A stretch of 64,000 nucleotides of DNA from Chromatiales bacterium (GCA_026982555.1 JALSGT010000066.1:1879-65878); one strand, 5' to 3'. Counted from the stretch's first letter, positions 46,816-57,252 are shown. The notes: generated by a model from the letters alone, not told the origin. Translations and numbers: made by a program.

Positions 46816-47970
46816 TCAACGATCATCAACACCTACCAAGGTTACACCATTCATAGCATCACTCATTTTTTTAACCCCAGCCTTCTGGCCCAGTTTAATC
46901 ATCAACCGCAATTCGTTGGCGGAGTCAGCATGATGCAAGGCCGCCTCATAGGATATTTGCTTGGTTTTGTAGAGTTCGTAGAGTGCCTGGTCGAAGGTAT
47001 TCATTCCTTGCTGATTCGATTTGCTCATCACATCCTTAAGTTCAGTGACATTGCCTTCACGAATCATCTGGCTTACCAACGGCGTATTAATGAGCACTTC
47101 AACAGCCACCCGCCGACCCTGTTTATCCGGGGTAGGAATAAGTTGTTGACCAATAATAGCGCGCAGATTAAGCGATAAATCCAGCAAGGTTTGTTCGCGC
47201 CGGTCCTTGGGGAAAAAGTTGAGAATACGGTCCAGCGCCTGATTGGCATTGTTGGCATGCAAAGTGGTGAGACACAAATGCCCTGTCTCGGCAAAGGCAA
47301 TGGCGTGTTCCATGGTTTCACGCGTGCGTATTTCGCCAATCAAAATCACATCGGGTGCCTGGCGCAGAGTATTACGCAGCGCAGCCTCGAAACTGATAGT
47401 ATCAACACCTACTTCCCGTTGGGTGATAATACAGCCATCATGCTCATGTATGTATTCAATGGGGTCTTCTACGGTAATAATGTGGTCACGGCTGTTGCGG
47501 TTACGCTGGCCAATCATGGCAGCCAGGGTACTGGATTTACCCGTACCGGTGGCACCGACGATAATAATCAGACCACGTTTGGCCATGGATAAATGCGCCA
47601 GCGCGTTTGGCACCTGTAAATCATCAAAGGTGGGTATTTCGGTTTTGATACGACGCAACACAATACCCACATGGTTTTTCTGCTGAAAAACATTAACGCG
47701 AAAACGCCCGGTACCGGGTGGATCAATGGCAAAATTACATTCCAGGGTATGTTCAAATTCGCGCTGTTGCTGCTCATTCATCAGCGCAAGCGCCAGTTTA
47801 CGCACTTGATCTGCATTCAGCGGTGCATCAGAAATAGGTGATATTTCACCGTTAATCTTGAAACTGGCAGGAAGTTCCGCTGTGAGAAAAAGGTCAGAAG
47901 CCTCTTTGCGGATCATCCTTTTCAGTAAGGACTGAAAATCCTGAATAACATTAAATGGTTTTGCCGCCAT
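46816..47970 (-). CDS. pilU: type IV pilus retraction ATPase PilU
   Basis: It is near-collinear with P. aeruginosa PilU as recalled (GATGTGKSS, EDPIEYIHEH, GHLCLTTLHANNANQALDRI, ADSANELRLMIKLG). Confidence 0.9.
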   Translation of the reverse strand: MAAKPFNVIQDFQSLLKRMIRKEASDLFLTAELPASFKINGEISPISDAPLNADQVRKLALALMNEQQQREFEHTLECNFAIDPPGTGRFRVNVFQQKNHVGIVLRRIKTEIPTFDDLQVPNALAHLSMAKRGLIIIVGATGTGKSSTLAAMIGQRNRNSRDHIITVEDPIEYIHEHDGCIITQREVGVDTISFEAALRNTLRQAPDVILIGEIRTRETMEHAIAFAETGHLCLTTLHANNANQALDRILNFFPKDRREQTLLDLSLNLRAIIGQQLIPTPDKQGRRVAVEVLINTPLVSQMIREGNVTELKDVMSKSNQQGMNTFDQALYELYKTKQISYEAALHHADSANELRLMIKLGQKAGVKKMSDAMNGVTLVGVDDR

Positions 47971-48177
47971 GAGTATAAAGATTGCCCCCTAAAGTAAGTC
48001 TGCGCTAGTTATACGCCTGCGCATAAAAAAATGATCCGCACATTTAATAACCATTTCCGGCCTGTCTGCGGTTTATATTTCCAACCCGCATGATTACAAC
48101 AACCAAAAAAATCTCATATCGCCATACAGATCAACAACTTATTGCTATGAAAATCCATGCGTTTAATAGGACTTGGA

Positions 48178-49215
48178 TTATATAAAAGTATCTTTATTCA
48201 TCGCCTTGGAAGCGGCTTCCTGCTTGGTAATGACGCCTTTTTGCAACAATGCCTGCAAATCCTGGTCAAGTGTTTTCATGCCACTGCCCTGTCCGGTCTG
48301 GATCGCAGAATACATTTGCGCCACTTTGGCTTCACGAATCAAGTTACGAATAGCCGGATTGGCGATCATAATTTCGTGTGCGGCAATACGGCCACCGCCC
48401 ACTTTTTTCATTAACGTTTGCGAGATAACTGCACGTAGTGATTCCGACAACATAGAACGTACCATTTCTTTTTCTGCGGCGGGAAATACATCGATAATAC
48501 GATCAATGGTTTTAGCCGCAGAGCTGGTATGCAGCGTACCGAACACTAAATGACCCGTTTCTGCGGCGGTCAACGCCAGCCGGATAGTTTCCGGATCACG
48601 CATTTCGCCCACCAGAATCACGTCGGGATCTTCACGCAACGCCGAACGCAAAGCCTCATTGAAACCCAGAGTATGGCGGTGTACCTCACGCTGGTTAATC
48701 AGCGATTTTTTGGATTTATGCACAAACTCAATCGGGTCTTCGATAGTGAGGATATGACCGTGGTCGGTATCGTTTTTGTAGTCAACCATGGCCGCCAGGG
48801 TTGTGGACTTACCCGAACCGGTTGGGCCGGTAACCAACACCAGACCACGCGGGGTTTCGGCAATATCCGCAAAAATGGCCGGACAACCTAATTGTTCAAA
48901 ATTAAGGATGGTACTGGGGATCGTACGAAATACTGCGCCTGCTCCACGCTGGTGATTAAAAGCATTAACACGAAAACGCGCCAGGTCAGGAATTTCAAAC
49001 GAAAAATCCACCTCAAGGAATTCTTCATAATCTTTGCGCTGACGGTCATTCATGATGTCGTAGATCAACGCATGTACAGTTTTGTGGTCCATGGGGGGAA
49101 CATTAATGCGGCGAATTTCGCCATCGACACGAATCATCGGCGGCTCTCCAGCAGAGAGATGTAAATCAGAGGCATTGTTTTTGACACTGAAGGCCAGCAG
49201 TTCAGAGATATCCAT
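48178..49215 (-). CDS. pilT: type IV pilus retraction ATPase PilT
   Basis: It is very close to P. aeruginosa PilT as recalled (MDISELLAFSVKNNASDLHLSAGEPPMIRVDG, GPTGSGKSTTLAAM, AHEIMIANPAIRNLIRE). Confidence 0.95.
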   Translation of the reverse strand: MDISELLAFSVKNNASDLHLSAGEPPMIRVDGEIRRINVPPMDHKTVHALIYDIMNDRQRKDYEEFLEVDFSFEIPDLARFRVNAFNHQRGAGAVFRTIPSTILNFEQLGCPAIFADIAETPRGLVLVTGPTGSGKSTTLAAMVDYKNDTDHGHILTIEDPIEFVHKSKKSLINQREVHRHTLGFNEALRSALREDPDVILVGEMRDPETIRLALTAAETGHLVFGTLHTSSAAKTIDRIIDVFPAAEKEMVRSMLSESLRAVISQTLMKKVGGGRIAAHEIMIANPAIRNLIREAKVAQMYSAIQTGQGSGMKTLDQDLQALLQKGVITKQEAASKAMNKDTFI

Positions 49216-49394
49216 CGGGGCTCCCGCAATACGTTACTGTTTATTTTTAAACGAGGTTTATTGAATATTTATTGTCGGTGGTCAATAACACCACACTCTA
49301 CCGCAATTCATAACGACCGGTAGTGTAGAATTCTTGATATTCCAACACATTGACACATGTCGCATAAAATACCGCAAATCAAAGCAAACTGACC

Positions 49395-50150
49395 ATGCCT
49401 GAGAATCACCCCTGCGGCAAGACAGACATCGAGCACCGCTTGCACAAGCTGGTGGCACGGGTGCGTCTTGCCGAAAAAACGTACGGACGTGAGCCAGGCT
49501 CGGTACAGATTTTACCGGTGAGCAAAACCCGCCCGGCACATAAACTGGCAGAGCTGACGGCATTAGCTCTGCCTGGCGTTGGCAACGCCTTTGGTGAAAA
49601 TTATTTACAGGAGGCCGAGAACAAAATAACACAATTGGCCGAACTGAATTTGCAATGGCACTTCATCGGACCGATCCAGTCCAACAAAACCCAGGCCATT
49701 GCACAGTTGTTTCAGTGGGTACACAGTGTAGACCGAATTAAAATTGCCCGGCGACTCAATAATCAGCGCCCCGCCGATTTACCGCCACTGAACGTGTGTT
49801 TACAGATAAATGTCAGCAGTGAAACCAGTAAGTCCGGCGTCAGTCTCGACGCACTCCCGGCGCTGGCCTCGCAGGTGGCCACACTACCGAATTTACGTTT
49901 ACGCGGCTTAATGGCCATTCCCGCCGCCAGTGGAAACATGACCGCGCAACGGGCAGCCTTTGCCACGGTGCGTGAGGTCTTTCATTCGCTGAACCTTTCA
50001 CAGTCGCCGGAAATAGCAAAGCCGGAATGGGATACGCTGTCCATGGGCATGTCCGCAGATCTTGAGGCCGCAATCGCCGAAGGCGCGACCATCGTGCGTA
50101 TTGGTACCGATATTTTTGGCCCTCGTGTAGCACAAGGTACTGTGGATTAA
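49395..50150 (+). CDS. yggS: YggS-family pyridoxal-phosphate homeostasis protein
   Basis: It has the PLP lysine in ILPVSKTRP, plus HFIGPIQSNK and MGMSADLEAAI. It is divergent from pilT, as in Pseudomonas. Confidence 0.88.
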   Translation: MPENHPCGKTDIEHRLHKLVARVRLAEKTYGREPGSVQILPVSKTRPAHKLAELTALALPGVGNAFGENYLQEAENKITQLAELNLQWHFIGPIQSNKTQAIAQLFQWVHSVDRIKIARRLNNQRPADLPPLNVCLQINVSSETSKSGVSLDALPALASQVATLPNLRLRGLMAIPAASGNMTAQRAAFATVREVFHSLNLSQSPEIAKPEWDTLSMGMSADLEAAIAEGATIVRIGTDIFGPRVAQGTVD

Positions 50151-50187
50151 CTTGTTTTTATTCGTCATCTAGTGAACCATTGCCATT

Positions 50188-51030
50188 ATGAAACAAATCA
50201 AACTGACATTTATCGGCGGCGGCAATATGGCGGCCAGTCTTATCGGCGGTCTACTGGCCGATAAACTGCCCGCAAAGCAAATTACCGTGGCCGACCCCGC
50301 AACCAGCACCCGCGATTCTCTTGCCCGCCATTTTGGCGTGAATACCGAAGCGGATAATGTAACAGCCGCCGTCGGTGCAGACGTGTTAGTGCTGGCGGTC
50401 AAGCCTCAAATGCTACAGTCAGTAGCCGAAGCACTGGCATCTGCCGTACAGAAAGACCGGCCACTGGTGATCACCATTGCTGCGGGCATTCGCAGCGCCG
50501 ACCTTAACCGCTGGCTGGGTGGCGAAACGGGTGGCAAGATTGCGGTGGTGCGCGCCATGCCCAATACGCCGGCATTATTGCAGACCGGTGCCACGGGCTT
50601 GTTCGCTAATGCGCAGGTAAACGAAACACAACGGGATCTGGCCGAATCCATTTTACGTGCCGTGGGACTGGCGCTCTGGGTGGAAAAAGAGGATCAAATG
50701 GATGCCGTAACCGCCTTATCCGGCAGTGGCCCAGCCTACTTTTTCCGTATCATGGAGGCCATGGAAACAGCTGGCACCCAGCTGGGACTTTCCGCAGAAA
50801 CCGCGCACCTGCTCACCTTGCAAACCGCATTGGGTGCCGCCAAGATGGCGCTGGAAAGCAGTGAGCCTGTGGGTGTTTTGCGTGAACGAGTGACCTCGCC
50901 CGGCGGTACCACAGAGCAAGGTCTGCGAGTAATGGCGGAACAGGATATCGACGGTTTGATGGCCCAGGTACTCAAAGCAGCATCTGACCGCTCCCGGGCC
51001 CTGGCTAAATCGTTGGGCGAAACAAAATAG
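50188..51030 (+). CDS. proC: pyrroline-5-carboxylate reductase
   Basis: It has the N-terminal Rossmann motif FIGGGNMA, plus RAMPNTPA and TSPGGTTE. Confidence 0.92.
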   Translation: MKQIKLTFIGGGNMAASLIGGLLADKLPAKQITVADPATSTRDSLARHFGVNTEADNVTAAVGADVLVLAVKPQMLQSVAEALASAVQKDRPLVITIAAGIRSADLNRWLGGETGGKIAVVRAMPNTPALLQTGATGLFANAQVNETQRDLAESILRAVGLALWVEKEDQMDAVTALSGSGPAYFFRIMEAMETAGTQLGLSAETAHLLTLQTALGAAKMALESSEPVGVLRERVTSPGGTTEQGLRVMAEQDIDGLMAQVLKAASDRSRALAKSLGETK

Positions 51031-51040
51031 TGAGGGAAAT

Positions 51041-51625
51041 ATGATGGGAGGCTCCTACGCCGGTAATGCCGGGGTATTTTTGGTGCAGACCTTGTTTGGG
51101 CTGTACATGGGTGCGGTGCTGCTGCGTTTTTTGCTGGCCGTGGTACGCGCTGATTTTTATAACCCCATCTCTCAGTTTTTAGTGAAAGTGACCAATCCAC
51201 CGTTAGTGCCATTGCGACGTGTGATCCCCAGCCTGGGCGGTATTGATATAGCCTCACTGCTACTGTTACTGATTTTGCAGATTCTGGAATTGCTCGCGGT
51301 CGGACTGATCAGTGGCATCAGCTTTCAGCCAGTGGGTCTGGTTGTACTGGCCGTGGCGGAATTACTGTCGTTGTTATTTCAAATCTACTTTTTCACTATT
51401 TTGATTCAGGTAGTACTCAGTTGGGTAAGCCCGGGTGGCCATAATCCCGCTGTGACCTTGTTGTATAGCCTCAACGAACCCATATTGGGCCGGGCACGAC
51501 GTATCCTGCCTCCAATTCACGGTTTTGATTTGTCGCCCATTGTCGCCATGATTATTATTCAGTTACTGACCATTTTGCTGGTAGCACCAATCCGAGACCT
51601 TGGTCGAGGCTTGGCCTTCGGCTGA
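51041..51625 (+). CDS. yggT: YggT-family membrane protein
   Basis: It has a duplicated YGGT-type membrane pattern (…NPISQFLVKVTNPPLVPLRR… and …EPILGRARRILPPIHGFDLSPIV…). Confidence 0.85.
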   Translation: MMGGSYAGNAGVFLVQTLFGLYMGAVLLRFLLAVVRADFYNPISQFLVKVTNPPLVPLRRVIPSLGGIDIASLLLLLILQILELLAVGLISGISFQPVGLVVLAVAELLSLLFQIYFFTILIQVVLSWVSPGGHNPAVTLLYSLNEPILGRARRILPPIHGFDLSPIVAMIIIQLLTILLVAPIRDLGRGLAFG

Positions 51626-51664
51626 AAGCGTTACCTGACCCCTGGTTCATAGCGTCCACTATGA

Positions 51665-51752
51665 CCGGTATAGCACGTTGCCTTTTGCGCCTCGCCAGCC
51701 ACAAAATTCAGCACATTCTACAGGCCGTTCAACTGCGGATTTTAGGTTAAAC
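51665..51752 (+). repeat. intergenic repeat family, compact 88-nt copy
   Basis: ccggtatagcacgttgccttttgcg + cctc + gccagccacaaaattcagcacattctacaggccgttcaactgcggattttaggttaaac. Related copies are at 4519-4658 (reverse complement) and 24565-24596. Confidence 0.75.
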
Positions 51753-51964
51753 ACTCACAACAGGTGTAGCTTGATTGATTCAAAATAACCGTTTACGCGG
51801 TATTTTGAGCCACTGGTCGGAACACGGGAAATTCTCGTTTTTCATCAACCACCTGGACTAAACTTCCCTAATCTTTGGCCGTTAATTGATAGCAAGATGT
51901 CAGCCGTGTACGGTATTTTCGGCCCTGCGCGGACTTTAAATAAGTCAATTTGGGTAACAACGGG

Positions 51965-53932
51965 ATGGCAAAAGACCAGTTTACAGAACAATTAGAAGCC
52001 TATAGTCGCTGGAAAGAAGACATTATCAGCCACATAAAGGCCTACCGGGAGTGGCTATCGGAACACGATATGAGCACCCCGGAAGATGATTTGCGCATGT
52101 ATGAAATTCTTGATGCGCTGGACTCAGACCACATTACCATTGGTTTTGCAGCAGAATTTTCGCGGGGCAAAACCGAACTGATCAACTCGATCTTTTTTGC
52201 CAATTATCAACGTCGCCTGCTGCCCTCTTCTGCCGGACGCACGACCATGTGCCCCACCGAATTGTTTTACGATGCCAAAACAGAAAAACCCTATATTCGT
52301 ATGCTGCCCATTGAAACTCGCCTCGAAGACACCAGCATCAGCGAATATAAACAAGATGCCAATAACTGGATCAATACCGATCTTGATGTGGATTCACCAG
52401 AACACATGGTGGAAGCCTTCAAGGAAATTGTAAAAACCAAATTCGTACCCGTTGAAAGTGCCATTCAGCTTGGGTTGTATAGCACAGAAGAGTTTGAGCA
52501 ATGTGAGATATCCCCCACCAGTATTGAAATTCCTATGTGGCGCCATGTAATGATCAGTTTCCCGCATCCCCTGCTGAAACAGGGACTGGTGATTCTGGAT
52601 ACTCCGGGATTAAACGCCATGGGCTCTGAACCGGAATTAACCATGGATATGTTGCCCAATGCACAAGCTGTGATTTTTGTACTCGCTGCCGACACCGGTG
52701 CCACCAAAACCGATATGGAAATCTGGCGGCAACACGCCCAGGCATTTCGTGAAAATAAAGAAAGCGGCGGCCTCATCGTCGTACTGAACAAAATCGACAC
52801 TTTGTGGGATGAATTACAGGACGAAGCCACCATCAATGCCAGCATCCAGGAACAAGTGGATAAAACCGCAGAAATGCTCAATATCGAGGCCAGCACAATT
52901 TATCCCGTATCCGCACAAAAAGGCCTGTTGGCTCGGGTAAAAGGCGATGAAGAACTCTTGGAAAAAAGTGGCTTACTGGCCCTGGAAGCCACACTTTCGG
53001 ACGATGTATTGCCTGCAAAACAACACTTAGTACGCAAAAATATCGTCTCACGCATTGGTTCCATGGTGGAAACCACCCGAGGCGTATTAGTGGAACGCCA
53101 TGAAGCCGTGCAACAACAATTGGATGAGCTACGCTCCCTGTCTGGGAAAAGCGCGGATGTCCTCATGGAAACCATGCAAAAGCTGCGTACCGAACAGAGT
53201 ATTTACCAAAAAGATGTGGAAAACTTTCAGACCAGCCGCCATGTGTTGAAGCGACAACTGGTATCACTGATTGAAGCACTGGGTCTGGATTCCATGGATC
53301 ACCTGATCACAAAAACACGTACCGATATGGTAGACAGTTGGACGACCCATGGGCTGAAACACAATATGAAACGATTTTTTGAAGGCACCCGGGATAACAT
53401 GACCCAGGTGAATTACCAAGTTGAAAAATCCAACGGCATTGTGCAATCAATTTATGACCGTTTCCGCGACGAACACGGCTTCACCGACCTCAACCCCACA
53501 CTGTTTACCACTGCGCGCTACAGCCGTGAACTGGACCAGCTCTACAAAAAAGCCGCTGATTTCAGAGACAGCTCCATGACGGTTATGACCGAACAAAGTT
53601 TCGTGGTAAAAAAATTCATTGTCTCGCTGGTAAGCCACGCGCGGAATATTTTTTTCCGCGCCAATCAGGATGCCGAAGACTGGGCCGGCAGCGTAATGCG
53701 CCCTCTGGCAGCACGTATTAAAGAACGCAAAATTCAACTGGAAAAACGCCTGGCCAATTTGCAAAAAATTAAAAACTCCCGTGAAAAACTTACCGATAAT
53801 ATTACCAGCCTGGAAAACCAAAGCGAAGAATTAATAGCCCAGCTGGACACCATTAACGGCGTGCTTGACGCCGTTAATACACCGCTACCCCCGTTACAAG
53901 CGACCAATCAAAAAGCGGTTGCTGCATCGTAA
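51965..53932 (+). CDS. bacterial dynamin-like GTPase (solitary)
   Basis: The GTPase motifs are G1 AEFSRGKT, G3 DTPGLNA and G4 NKID. A ~350-aa predicted helical/coiled-coil C-terminal half follows. ATG 51965 is preferred over TTG 51950. Confidence 0.8.
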   Translation: MAKDQFTEQLEAYSRWKEDIISHIKAYREWLSEHDMSTPEDDLRMYEILDALDSDHITIGFAAEFSRGKTELINSIFFANYQRRLLPSSAGRTTMCPTELFYDAKTEKPYIRMLPIETRLEDTSISEYKQDANNWINTDLDVDSPEHMVEAFKEIVKTKFVPVESAIQLGLYSTEEFEQCEISPTSIEIPMWRHVMISFPHPLLKQGLVILDTPGLNAMGSEPELTMDMLPNAQAVIFVLAADTGATKTDMEIWRQHAQAFRENKESGGLIVVLNKIDTLWDELQDEATINASIQEQVDKTAEMLNIEASTIYPVSAQKGLLARVKGDEELLEKSGLLALEATLSDDVLPAKQHLVRKNIVSRIGSMVETTRGVLVERHEAVQQQLDELRSLSGKSADVLMETMQKLRTEQSIYQKDVENFQTSRHVLKRQLVSLIEALGLDSMDHLITKTRTDMVDSWTTHGLKHNMKRFFEGTRDNMTQVNYQVEKSNGIVQSIYDRFRDEHGFTDLNPTLFTTARYSRELDQLYKKAADFRDSSMTVMTEQSFVVKKFIVSLVSHARNIFFRANQDAEDWAGSVMRPLAARIKERKIQLEKRLANLQKIKNSREKLTDNITSLENQSEELIAQLDTINGVLDAVNTPLPPLQATNQKAVAAS

Positions 53933-54164
53933 TTTCCTCTTTTTATCCAAGCCCTGTTTTTTTCTGAGGTATATCGGTTTCCTCATCCCAGGTAACGCAT
54001 AGCGGCTTAATCACACATGCATGATTGAATCAACCTATGTGCAGATAAAAAAATTAAGGGCAAAGTAAGATAAGTTTTATGCCTGAGAAAAAAACATGGT
54101 TGACATTAATGAAATTATTCACGATGGTTGAATCAGGCTTGATGGCCATCAATGCAGTGGGGAA

Positions 54165-54635
54165 GTGACCGTGGATAAAAATAAGACCTACCAAAACCGT
54201 TTTTTCAGAAGCCTGCAAATAACAGGCATTTTTCTTTTCATGTGTGGTCTCAGCCAAGCGGGTGAACCACAGGTTTTTGGTGACTACACAATACATTACA
54301 ACGCTTTTAATACCGATACATTGCAACCGAAAATGGCTGCCGCATACGATATTGTGCGCAGCAAAAACCGTGCAATGCTCACTATTTCTGTGCTTAAAAA
54401 AACTGACTCGGGCAACAAGCCGGTACGCGCAAATATTGCCATCAGCGCCAGCAATCTTACGGGACAACTCCGGACCTTAAAGGTCCGCGAGGTGGACAAA
54501 AACAATGCAATCTATTATTTGAGCGAATTTCATGTATCCCATGAAGAAATGCTGAACTTCACGCTGAAAATTCTTCCCGAAGGCAGCTCCCAATCCATGA
54601 CGGTCAGCTTCCGACAAAAATTCTTTACGCAATAA
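54165..54635 (+). CDS. DUF4426-family exported protein
   Basis: It has a signal peptide followed by …VFGDYTIHYNAFNTDTLQPKMAAAYDIVRSKNRAMLTISVL…, which matches my memory of DUF4426 (PA0388-like). The GTG start is uncertain. Confidence 0.62.
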   Translation: MTVDKNKTYQNRFFRSLQITGIFLFMCGLSQAGEPQVFGDYTIHYNAFNTDTLQPKMAAAYDIVRSKNRAMLTISVLKKTDSGNKPVRANIAISASNLTGQLRTLKVREVDKNNAIYYLSEFHVSHEEMLNFTLKILPEGSSQSMTVSFRQKFFTQ

Positions 54636-54836
54636 CACCCATCAAGCCGTAACCTGTGGTTATGTACGACAACCAGCAAACGGCAGCGGACTCCCATCGA
54701 GCAAGCCTATTTTGGCCCACTTAAGGTTTCAGGCAAAGAGTCCGCTATCTTTATATTAGAGATCGTTATATTTGGCATACTGTCAGTAATAAAGCGTTTT
54801 TCGATACTCGTTGGTTGACTGTGAGCAAATAAAAAA

Positions 54837-57215
54837 ATGCGCATAAGATTATCAACCCGACTGATTTTGCTGATTGTAGCACTGCAAATGTTAATGTTGT
54901 TTCTATTGGTGTGGAATAGCAGCAAACTAACAACAGACAGTCATATAGAAATGTATGAAAATATGCTGCAATCAGAAAGCCACCTGTTATCAAAGGCACT
55001 GGTTCCTGGCCTTGTTTATAATGACACTGCCGTTTTACAAGATGTATTTAATCAGTTTGCAGAATTTGACAAACTGATTTACGCGGAAGTCAAAGGACAA
55101 CAAGGTCGCATCATTGCGCAACTGGGGATACCGCCGGCCAACAAAAATACTGATAGAAATTACCAATCCGCATTATCAGATGGTGTATTTGATGTTGAAA
55201 TGCCATTGCGCCTTGAAGGCCGGATACTGGGCCGTTTACGGCTTGGTTATTCACTCTCCGCAGCAAAGACATTAATCCAAAAAACACGGTTCCAAAATTT
55301 ATTGACTGCCCTGTTAGGTGTAGCAATAACCCTGTCAGCAACATTATTAATTGCTTTATATTTCACACGAAATCTACGTCAACTGGAAGAAGGTGCAAAA
55401 GCCCTCTCTCAGGATCAACTGGACTACCGAATTGTATCCAGCGACAAAGGCGGAATAGGAGAGCTGGCCTCTACATTTAATCATCTTGCCCAACACCTCA
55501 GCGAAACCAGAATAGCATTAACAAAAGAACATGATGCCCTGGAGCGTGAAACCCGATTTATGCAGGCATTGCTGGATGGCATTGATGCAGTGGTCATGGA
55601 AGCCCGCCCACCCGGGTATCAATTTACTTTTGTCAGCCGGGAGGCACAAAACCTCATGGGTTATCCCGTGTCAGATTGGTTAAAAGCAGACTTCTGGGCA
55701 AACCATGTTTTCCCCGCAGATAAAAGCTGGCTGGAAGAAACCATTGCGGTGCATACAAAAAAGGGCGAATCATTTACCGTTGATTTTCGCATGACACATC
55801 GTCAGGGACATGACCTGTGGGTACGGGCTATTAACAGTGTTGAACTGGATGAAGAAGACAAACCCATTATGCGTGGCCTGATTCTGGATATTACCGAACA
55901 AAAAACCGCAGAAGACCGTATTGTCTACTTAGCTGAACATGACTCATTAACCGGGCTGATCAATCGCCGTCGATTCCAAAAGGAACTTGAACGAGCGACT
56001 TCTTATTCACAACGCTACCAGCAACAAGGAGCCGTATTATTTATTGATCTCGATCAATTTAAATATGTGAACGACACCTATGGACATCAATATGGTGATG
56101 AATATTTGCTGGATGTATCGCGTAAATTGTCTCAGGTATTACGACGTACCGATATTCTCGGGCGTCTGGGTGGTGATGAATTTGGGGTGGTTATTCCTAA
56201 ATGCAGTTATGAAGAAGCGCATACCGTCGGCATGGCCTTATTAGGCGCATTAACACAAGAAAACCTGGAGCACAGCGGAAAAATTGTTCCCGTTAGCGCA
56301 AGCATTGGCATTGCCCTGTTTCCCTCACAAAGTGCCGTACCCAGCGATTTATTGGCGAAAGCCGATGCAGCAATGTACACCGCGAAGCGGAAAGGCCGTG
56401 GTCAGGTACATGTTTTTAGTGAAGATGATATGGAACTGTGGAATATGCAGGCGAAAATCCATTGGGAGGAACGTATCCGCTGGGCGTTAAGAGATAAACG
56501 TTTTGAGCTTTATTACCAGCCTGTAGTGGAAGTGTGTTCAGGGCTCATCACCCACTACGAAGCTTTACTGCGTATGCGAAGTGAAAGCGGTGAAATGATT
56601 ACACCCAGCGCCTTCATGGAAACAGCCGAACGTTTTGGCTTGATTCGTGAAATTGATCGATGGGTGGTAAATGAGGCAATAAAAACACAAGCAGACAGCA
56701 TCAAACGACATAAACCAATCAGTCTGGCAATCAACTTGTCAGGCAGACACTTTGGTAATGTCAGCATGCTGAAGTTTATTCAGGAAGCCATTCAAACTTA
56801 TGGCGCTGATCCTCAAAGCTTGATGTTTGAGGTAACAGAAACCGAAGCGGTAGAAAACCTGTCCAGGGCGCGTGAATTTATTGATGCATTACGAGAGATT
56901 GGTTGCAAATTTGCGCTGGACGATTTTGGTATTGGTTTTTCATCATTTCACTATTTGCGAAACCTGCCCGTGGACTATATAAAAATCGATGGCAGTTTTG
57001 TGCGAAATCTTCATATGGATAGTGATGATCGTTTATTTGTTAAAGCCATTGTAGACCTGGCAAAAGGCTTGCAAATTCCGTGTGTCGCCGAGTTTGTGGA
57101 AAATGCTCACATCATTGAAGTTTTATTAGAGCTGGGTGTAGAGCTGGGTCAAGGCTATCACATCTCAAAACCCAAGCCTGAATTTATTGACGGACAAATT
57201 GTTGATATTTTATAG
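54837..57215 (+). CDS. membrane sensor with periplasmic domain-HAMP-PAS-GGDEF-EAL
   Basis: Two TM segments flank a ~150-aa periplasmic region. HAMP and PAS (…FRMTHRQGHDLWV…) follow. The GGDEF domain (RLGGDEFGVVI) has the I-site RRTD. The EAL domain shows YEALLRM and DDFGIGFSS. Confidence 0.88.
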   Translation: MRIRLSTRLILLIVALQMLMLFLLVWNSSKLTTDSHIEMYENMLQSESHLLSKALVPGLVYNDTAVLQDVFNQFAEFDKLIYAEVKGQQGRIIAQLGIPPANKNTDRNYQSALSDGVFDVEMPLRLEGRILGRLRLGYSLSAAKTLIQKTRFQNLLTALLGVAITLSATLLIALYFTRNLRQLEEGAKALSQDQLDYRIVSSDKGGIGELASTFNHLAQHLSETRIALTKEHDALERETRFMQALLDGIDAVVMEARPPGYQFTFVSREAQNLMGYPVSDWLKADFWANHVFPADKSWLEETIAVHTKKGESFTVDFRMTHRQGHDLWVRAINSVELDEEDKPIMRGLILDITEQKTAEDRIVYLAEHDSLTGLINRRRFQKELERATSYSQRYQQQGAVLFIDLDQFKYVNDTYGHQYGDEYLLDVSRKLSQVLRRTDILGRLGGDEFGVVIPKCSYEEAHTVGMALLGALTQENLEHSGKIVPVSASIGIALFPSQSAVPSDLLAKADAAMYTAKRKGRGQVHVFSEDDMELWNMQAKIHWEERIRWALRDKRFELYYQPVVEVCSGLITHYEALLRMRSESGEMITPSAFMETAERFGLIREIDRWVVNEAIKTQADSIKRHKPISLAINLSGRHFGNVSMLKFIQEAIQTYGADPQSLMFEVTETEAVENLSRAREFIDALREIGCKFALDDFGIGFSSFHYLRNLPVDYIKIDGSFVRNLHMDSDDRLFVKAIVDLAKGLQIPCVAEFVENAHIIEVLLELGVELGQGYHISKPKPEFIDGQIVDIL

Positions 57216-57252
57216 GCAACGCGCATTACTTGCCCGCTGATACACAATACAA

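Noticed and set aside
53966-53984. Possible degenerate fourth copy of the repeat's left block downstream of the dynamin-like gene (gaggtatatcggtttcctc)
   Set aside because: Only about 11 of 15 positions match, which is within what chance could give, so it does not show that the dynamin gene is bracketed by repeats.
54054-54467. 137-aa minus-strand ORF overlapping the DUF4426 gene
   Set aside because: The plus-strand frame gives a signal peptide and the DUF4426-like FGDYTIHYNAFNT motif. The minus-strand product has no features.
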